The translations under genes and the position numbers were made by a program. Under the pieces are notes generated by a model. That model was given only the letters and a program-made list of their open reading frames with translations, ran no database searches and was not told where the DNA came from. Below are positions 48,045-52,885 of a stretch of 52,885 nucleotides of DNA, one piece after another. Position 1 is the stretch's first letter, and every line of letters begins with the position of its first letter. Source of the stretch: a virus. Where the stretch lies: positions 1-52,885 of IMG/VR virus record IMGVR_UViG_3300016461_000001. One strand, written 5' to 3'.

Positions 48045-51000
48045 ATGGCTGACAGCGCAGCGCCCGCGTCCCTCCAGGACGACGGGCCGAACCCCTTTGC
48101 GGACCGGCTCGCCGCGGATCCGTCGCTGGGCGAGGTCTCGCTGGCAGAGCGCGCCCGGCTGAATGCGGTCGAGGCGGCCTACCGCGGGACCATCGCCGGC
48201 TCAGCCGACCTCGCCGAGTTCAAGCGGGCGCTGCCGGACCAGTACGAGCGGATCACGAAGGACCTCGCGCGGTACGAGACCATGCGCGGCTTCGACGGGC
48301 CGCTGGAGGGCGCCGTCGCGCTCGCGGGGCAGCTCGGCGGCGGCATGACCTCGCCCGAAGCGCTGATCACCCGCGTGCCGGGCGTGAACAGCCTCGTCGA
48401 GCGGCGCGTCGGCGGCGTCGCGGGCCGCGTGCTCGGCGCGGCCGGCGCGCAGGCGGCGGTGCAGGGCGCGGCGAACCCGGCGATCCAGGCGAGCGAGATC
48501 CAGTCCGGGCTCCGGAAGAACTACAGCCTGGGCGAGAACCTCGCGGCGGCGGCCGGCGGCGCGGTGTTGGGCGGCGCGCTGCATGGTGCCGGCGAGGCGG
48601 TCGGCGCGCTGGCCCGGTCCGGCCGGGCGGCGAAGGTCGACACCGACGCGCTCGCCCGCGCGCGCATCGCCGAGCAGCAGGCGGCCGAGAGCCGGAACAT
48701 GGCGGCGCTGGCGGCCGAGGATCCGGCGCTGCGGCCGGGCGGCGAGCAGGGCGATATCGGCCAGCCGATATCGGAACCCGCAGCGCGACCGGATGCGGGC
48801 CGGACCGAAGCGGGGATCCCCGTAACGGAACAGGATCAGGCACTTAGCCCGCGGGCCGATTTACAAAAAGCGCCTTCGAATATGCAGGCGGATATGCAGG
48901 CCGCCCCCGAAGCCCCCGCGATGGACGCCCCGGCCGTGGCCGCGGACCCGGAGGCAGCGGCCGCGCGGGCGGCGGCGGACGTACCGCGCGAGGAGCCGGC
49001 GGCGCCCGCTATGGAGCAGCGCCCGGCTGTCATGGATGAGAGCGCCGTTCCGGCAGAGACGCCGGCCGCTCCAGAAGAAGGCTACCGCCTTCAGATCAGC
49101 CCCTTTGAGAAGTCCACCGAGACCCGGAAGAACTTCGACATCGTCAAAGACGGAGAGTCGATCGGCACGGCCGTCGTCGATGTGAAAGGTAAAGAGGCAT
49201 ATTTTGACAACATTTATCTGCACGGCCTGGACTTTGGCGTTGATCCTGTCGGCACGATCGGGCTGCGCGAAGTCCGCAAGATGGCGCGGCAGTTCCTCGC
49301 CGAGCACCCTGAGATTGAGAGCATTACCGGCAACCGCGTAAGCGGCGCGCGCAAGACGATCCGTGGCGGCGCAGAAACTCAGATCACGGTTCGCCGGCCG
49401 AAGCCGCAGGAGGCGCCGACCCCAGAGGCGGCAGGCGCGCAGCCAAACCCTGAAGCAACGACCCCAGCGACGCTAGCGGCAGCCGTCAACACCTCCTCCT
49501 CCGGCAAGCCCCTATCCCTGTCACAGTTCATCGCCCGCAACGGTGGCCTCGCGCTCGATGGTGAGGCCCGGGCCCGCGATCTGAACCGCGTCTTCGTGCC
49601 CGGCGGCGGGCCGCTCGCCCGCGCAAAGGGCCACAGCATCGACGGCTTCTGGCGCGAGGCCATGATCGAGCACGGGTACCTGCCGCCGGACGCCGACGGC
49701 ATGGCGGCGCGGAACATCGAGAAGGAACTGTTCGACGCGCTTGACCGCGAGCAGCGCGGCCAGCGCCAGTACAGCGCGCAGGACCGGGCGCCGGAGACGG
49801 GAGGGGCCGACAACCAAACGCGCGAGATTGAGGCGCAGGCCCGGAAGATCACCGCGGCGGCGAAGAAGGTCGGGATCCGCCCGGGCGACGTCGACCAGCG
49901 AACGATGATGGACGCGGCCGAGATGCTCTGGCGCGGCGACGCGGACGACCCGCTCGTGGCGCTGGAGCACGCCATGATGTCGGGCGAGGCACCGCGGGGG
50001 CGGCAGATGGAGCAGTCCGTTGACGGGCTGCAGTTCATGAAGCGCCCGCAGCCCTCCATGCTCGCGCGCCTGGCCGCGGCCCTCGACAAGGAGGCTGCAC
50101 TGCGGCCAGAGCGCGACCGGCTGGGCGGGTTGCTGCGCGACGCGCGGGCCGAGCGCGACCCGATCGCCGACCTCGAGGCGGCGCTGGCGCGGAACCTCGA
50201 CCGGCCTGCCACGGCGGAGCAGAGCCCCGAGGCACTCCTAGCGGACATCGAGGCACGCATCGCGGACGCGAAGGCCGAGGCCGTCACGCCCGCGCAGGAC
50301 GACGCGATCACGGCCCTGGAGCGTGCGCTGTCCGAGAACCTGAAGGCTGACGCACCGACCCGTGGCGACCCGGCGGCGGCTCTGGAGCGGGCGCTTGCAG
50401 AAGTGCCGGCGCCGAGCCGCGCCGTCGAGCGCCCGACCGCCCTGGAGGCGCGTGTGCTCCGCGCGATCGAGGCGACGCCCGACGGCAAGGGGCTCGGGAA
50501 GGACATCTGGGACGTGCGTGAGCGCCTGCCCGGCATGTCGGAACCGGACTTCGTGCGGGCCATGCACGGCCTGCAGGCGAAGCGCCTCACGAACCTGAGC
50601 CAGTACAGCGACCCGCGGAGCGTCCGCGGGCAGCAGGGGATCGATGTCGGCGCCGGCGACCGTCACATCGTAAGCGTGCAGCCCGAGGGGCGGGCCGCCC
50701 TGTCGGGGCGCGACGACCTCCGCTTTCGCAACCGCGAGCCCGCGGCTGCCGGTGGCGAGCCCGGCCGGCCCGCACCGCCCGACGCTGTTGCCGGCGCCGC
50801 TGCACCCGCCGACACCCCGGCGGCCGAGCCGCTGCGGTCCCTTCAGCAGCAGGCGCAGGACCTCGCCGACGCGCTCGACGTGCCGTTGCGCTCCGGCCGC
50901 GTGAAGGGCGGCAAGGACGCGCTCGGCCAGTTCCGCAACTCCGACGAGGTGATGCGGGTCCGGAACGTCGCCGACTTCGAGACGGTGGCGCACGCGGCCG

Positions 51001-52885
51001 GCCATGCCCTGGAGAAGCGGATCGGCGAGCCGCTGTCCGACCTGATCGACCGGCACGCCGCGGAGCTTGGCCCGCTGGACTATGACCCGCAGCGCGGCGA
51101 CGCGGGCGAGGGCTTCGCCGAGTGGGTGCGCACGGCCATGTTCAACCCGGCGGCCGGGCAGCGGCAGGCGCCCGGGTTTGCGCAGGCCTTCCGGGCGCTG
51201 ATGCAGCGGGAGGCGCCGGATCTGCTGGAGCGCCTCGACCAGGCCGTGGCCGCCCATCAGGCCTACCTCGCCGCGCCGACGGGCGAGAAGCTCGCGACCA
51301 TGGTGCGCAAGCCCGAGGACGAGGGTGTGATTCAGTCCATTCGCCGGGACGGCCTACCGGCGACGGTCGGCCTGTACCTGTCCCGGGCCTACGAGGCGGT
51401 GTTCGACGACAAGGCGCCCGTGGCCCGGGCCGTCCGATCCATGACGCGGGCGATCTACGCCGCGACTGGCGAGCGGGTCCGGCTGGAGGGTGGCGAGAAC
51501 CCCGAGAACCTCGTGCGCCTGTTCGCCCGGGCCAACCAGGCGGCGGTGCAGGACATGCGCGAGGGCGTGCGGCCCTACCATGGCATCGCGCCGGAGGGCC
51601 CGTCGATGTCCGACGCGCTGGCGACCGCCACCGGTCAGCCCGGGATCCTCGGCCGCTGGGACGCCGGCAAGGTCGAGGAGTTCGACCGCTACCTCGTCGC
51701 CCGGCGCGCGGAGGTGCTCTACCGCCGCGTCGCCGACGGCACGCTGGAGCGACGGCCGATCGCGCTGTCGCCGGAGGAGGTGCGGACCGCGGTCGCCGAG
51801 GCCGAGGCCGCGAACCCGACCTTCCGGGCTGGGGCCGACCAGATCCACCAGTTCACCCGGCAGCTCCTGCGCAAGCAGTACGAGGGCGGGCTGATCGACG
51901 CCGACCTGTACGCGCGCCTGATGGACGAGGAGTTCTATGTGCCCCTGTACCGGCACATGGATGAGCGCCCCGAAGGTCTCGGCGGCGGATCCGGTGGCTC
52001 GGACGGGCCGGGCACGGTCGACACCATCAAGCGCCTGCGCGGCTCGGACCGCGACGTGATCCCGCCGACGCAGAGCCTGATGACCCAGGCCTTCCTCGTG
52101 AACCGGACGCTCCAGCACAACGACATCATCAAGAGCTTCGTCGCCCTGGCACGGGCGGCGCGCGAGGCCGGCGCCGCCGGCGTGGGCCGGATCCTGGAGG
52201 AGATCCCGCCGACGCAGATGCTCGGCAAGCGCTTCGATCTCGCGGAGGCGGTGCAGAGCGCGGCGCGCGCGGCGGGCACGTCCGGCGACGATCTCGCGGT
52301 GCTGAACGGAGCGATCACCGACGTGTTCGGCGAGGACCCGATCATGGCGACGATCTTCCGGGCCGAGCCCACGGGCAAGCGCGGCGAGCCGATCGTCTTC
52401 TACAAGGACGGCGGGCAGCTCCGCGCGGTTCGCCTCCAGGCCCGAGACGAGGGGCTCGCCCTCTACGAGACCCTGTCCGCGCTGCCGCCGATGGCCCGGG
52501 ACTTCGCGCTGAAGTTCGGCGCCACGACGTCGAGCCTGCTGCGGACCGGCATCGTCACGAACCCCACCTTCGCGATCACGAACTTCTTCCGCGATCAGCT
52601 CGCGGTCGGCGTGCTCCGGTCCGACTATGTGCCCTTCGTTTCCGGCGCAAAGGGCATCCGGAGCGAATGGAATCAGGATCAGTGGGCGCAACGCTACGCC
52701 TACGGCGGCGGTGTCTCGCCCGGCGCTGGCTCGGCTGGTCTGTCGGAGTTGATCGACCGCGACGTAAACGCCTTGGCCCGGCGCGGCTGGAAGGCGCAGA
52801 AGCTCGGCGGCATCGGCGACCTCGCACACGGACATCTCCTCGGTCCGTTGAAAGCCGGCGCCGAGACCATCGAGACGGCCGAAGC
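48045..52885 (+). CDS. Giant virion-internal/ejection (polyvalent-like) protein, N-terminal part; no stop before the window end, continues at base 2 (2179 aa in total once the overlap is collapsed)
   Basis: ATG at 48045, 14 nt after the SLT gene. I translated the frame by hand to 52885 with no stop. The track lists no plus-strand ORF in this frame, as expected for an ORF that runs off the end. Confidence 0.8.
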   Translation, partial: MADSAAPASLQDDGPNPFADRLAADPSLGEVSLAERARLNAVEAAYRGTIAGSADLAEFKRALPDQYERITKDLARYETMRGFDGPLEGAVALAGQLGGGMTSPEALITRVPGVNSLVERRVGGVAGRVLGAAGAQAAVQGAANPAIQASEIQSGLRKNYSLGENLAAAAGGAVLGGALHGAGEAVGALARSGRAAKVDTDALARARIAEQQAAESRNMAALAAEDPALRPGGEQGDIGQPISEPAARPDAGRTEAGIPVTEQDQALSPRADLQKAPSNMQADMQAAPEAPAMDAPAVAADPEAAAARAAADVPREEPAAPAMEQRPAVMDESAVPAETPAAPEEGYRLQISPFEKSTETRKNFDIVKDGESIGTAVVDVKGKEAYFDNIYLHGLDFGVDPVGTIGLREVRKMARQFLAEHPEIESITGNRVSGARKTIRGGAETQITVRRPKPQEAPTPEAAGAQPNPEATTPATLAAAVNTSSSGKPLSLSQFIARNGGLALDGEARARDLNRVFVPGGGPLARAKGHSIDGFWREAMIEHGYLPPDADGMAARNIEKELFDALDREQRGQRQYSAQDRAPETGGADNQTREIEAQARKITAAAKKVGIRPGDVDQRTMMDAAEMLWRGDADDPLVALEHAMMSGEAPRGRQMEQSVDGLQFMKRPQPSMLARLAAALDKEAALRPERDRLGGLLRDARAERDPIADLEAALARNLDRPATAEQSPEALLADIEARIADAKAEAVTPAQDDAITALERALSENLKADAPTRGDPAAALERALAEVPAPSRAVERPTALEARVLRAIEATPDGKGLGKDIWDVRERLPGMSEPDFVRAMHGLQAKRLTNLSQYSDPRSVRGQQGIDVGAGDRHIVSVQPEGRAALSGRDDLRFRNREPAAAGGEPGRPAPPDAVAGAAAPADTPAAEPLRSLQQQAQDLADALDVPLRSGRVKGGKDALGQFRNSDEVMRVRNVADFETVAHAAGHALEKRIGEPLSDLIDRHAAELGPLDYDPQRGDAGEGFAEWVRTAMFNPAAGQRQAPGFAQAFRALMQREAPDLLERLDQAVAAHQAYLAAPTGEKLATMVRKPEDEGVIQSIRRDGLPATVGLYLSRAYEAVFDDKAPVARAVRSMTRAIYAATGERVRLEGGENPENLVRLFARANQAAVQDMREGVRPYHGIAPEGPSMSDALATATGQPGILGRWDAGKVEEFDRYLVARRAEVLYRRVADGTLERRPIALSPEEVRTAVAEAEAANPTFRAGADQIHQFTRQLLRKQYEGGLIDADLYARLMDEEFYVPLYRHMDERPEGLGGGSGGSDGPGTVDTIKRLRGSDRDVIPPTQSLMTQAFLVNRTLQHNDIIKSFVALARAAREAGAAGVGRILEEIPPTQMLGKRFDLAEAVQSAARAAGTSGDDLAVLNGAITDVFGEDPIMATIFRAEPTGKRGEPIVFYKDGGQLRAVRLQARDEGLALYETLSALPPMARDFALKFGATTSSLLRTGIVTNPTFAITNFFRDQLAVGVLRSDYVPFVSGAKGIRSEWNQDQWAQRYAYGGGVSPGAGSAGLSELIDRDVNALARRGWKAQKLGGIGDLAHGHLLGPLKAGAETIETAE
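52763..52885. repeat. Terminal overlap copy B, identical to 1-123
   Basis: Same as copy A. Confidence 0.95.

Noticed and set aside
1-52885. Looked for a reverse transcriptase with template/variable repeat pairs (DGR), retron-like structures, rRNA, a tape measure or sheath, a phage RNA polymerase, and DNA methyltransferase motifs
   Set aside because: I could recognise none of these by eye in any frame. Absence is not proven without profile searches.

Overview
The window closes on itself. Bases 1-123 are identical to 52763-52885 and one long ORF reads through the junction, so it is most simply a complete circular (or circularly permuted) genome of about 52,762 bp. It looks like a temperate, high-G+C, podovirus-like phage: no tape-measure or sheath genes, and a T7-like order of portal, scaffold, capsid, tubular proteins and internal virion proteins.

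Layout in window coordinates:
- 1831-4605: lysis cluster with a GH19-type endolysin, a 3-TM holin and small membrane or lipoprotein-like ORFs, ending in an intrinsic terminator.
- 4676-9172: accessory (moron) region and attP. It holds a SAM methyltransferase, small ORFs, and a 2,614-bp ISL3-family element (6124-8737) with a perfect 8-bp target duplication. The element carries three low-G+C passenger ORFs and has split a small winged-helix gene. Next comes a 45-nt 3' fragment of tRNA-Thr(CGU) flanked by arm-type repeats.
- 9179-10495: tyrosine integrase and a convergently overlapping excisionase-like gene.
- 19898 down to 10488, minus strand: a long early operon of genes chained by ATGA/GTGA overlaps. 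It includes Erf, a YqaJ exonuclease, an HNH-like insert, an XRE regulator, an ASCH-like protein, a DpdA-like TGT-fold protein, a MazG-like protein and many tiny single-TM ORFs.
- 19950-20952: CI-like S24 repressor and a divergent Cro-like gene, with shared palindromic operators.
- 21460-25809: rightward replication genes (RusA, Toprim plus RecA-like primase/helicase), followed by an iteron-rich ori-like region.
- 26195-48030, then 48045 wrapping to 1822: late genes. These are a GcrA-like protein, TerS, three signal-peptide proteins including a collagen-like one, TerL, portal, scaffold, capsid, a four-fold tandem gp11-like adaptor fusion, a nozzle-size protein, a GNAT, internal virion proteins including an SLT-domain protein, and a ~2179-aa giant protein.

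No rRNA, CRISPR array, reverse transcriptase or complete tRNA was seen.

Most interesting observations:
- the ISL3 transporter element and its repeated promoter/operator-like end modules with unknown passenger genes;
- the 4x gp11-like fusion;
- the Sec-signal gene trio between terS and terL;
- the giant wrap-around ORF with a compositional island;
- the DpdA-like gene with an internal G+C break.

All functional calls rest on motif recognition by eye. No database search was run.
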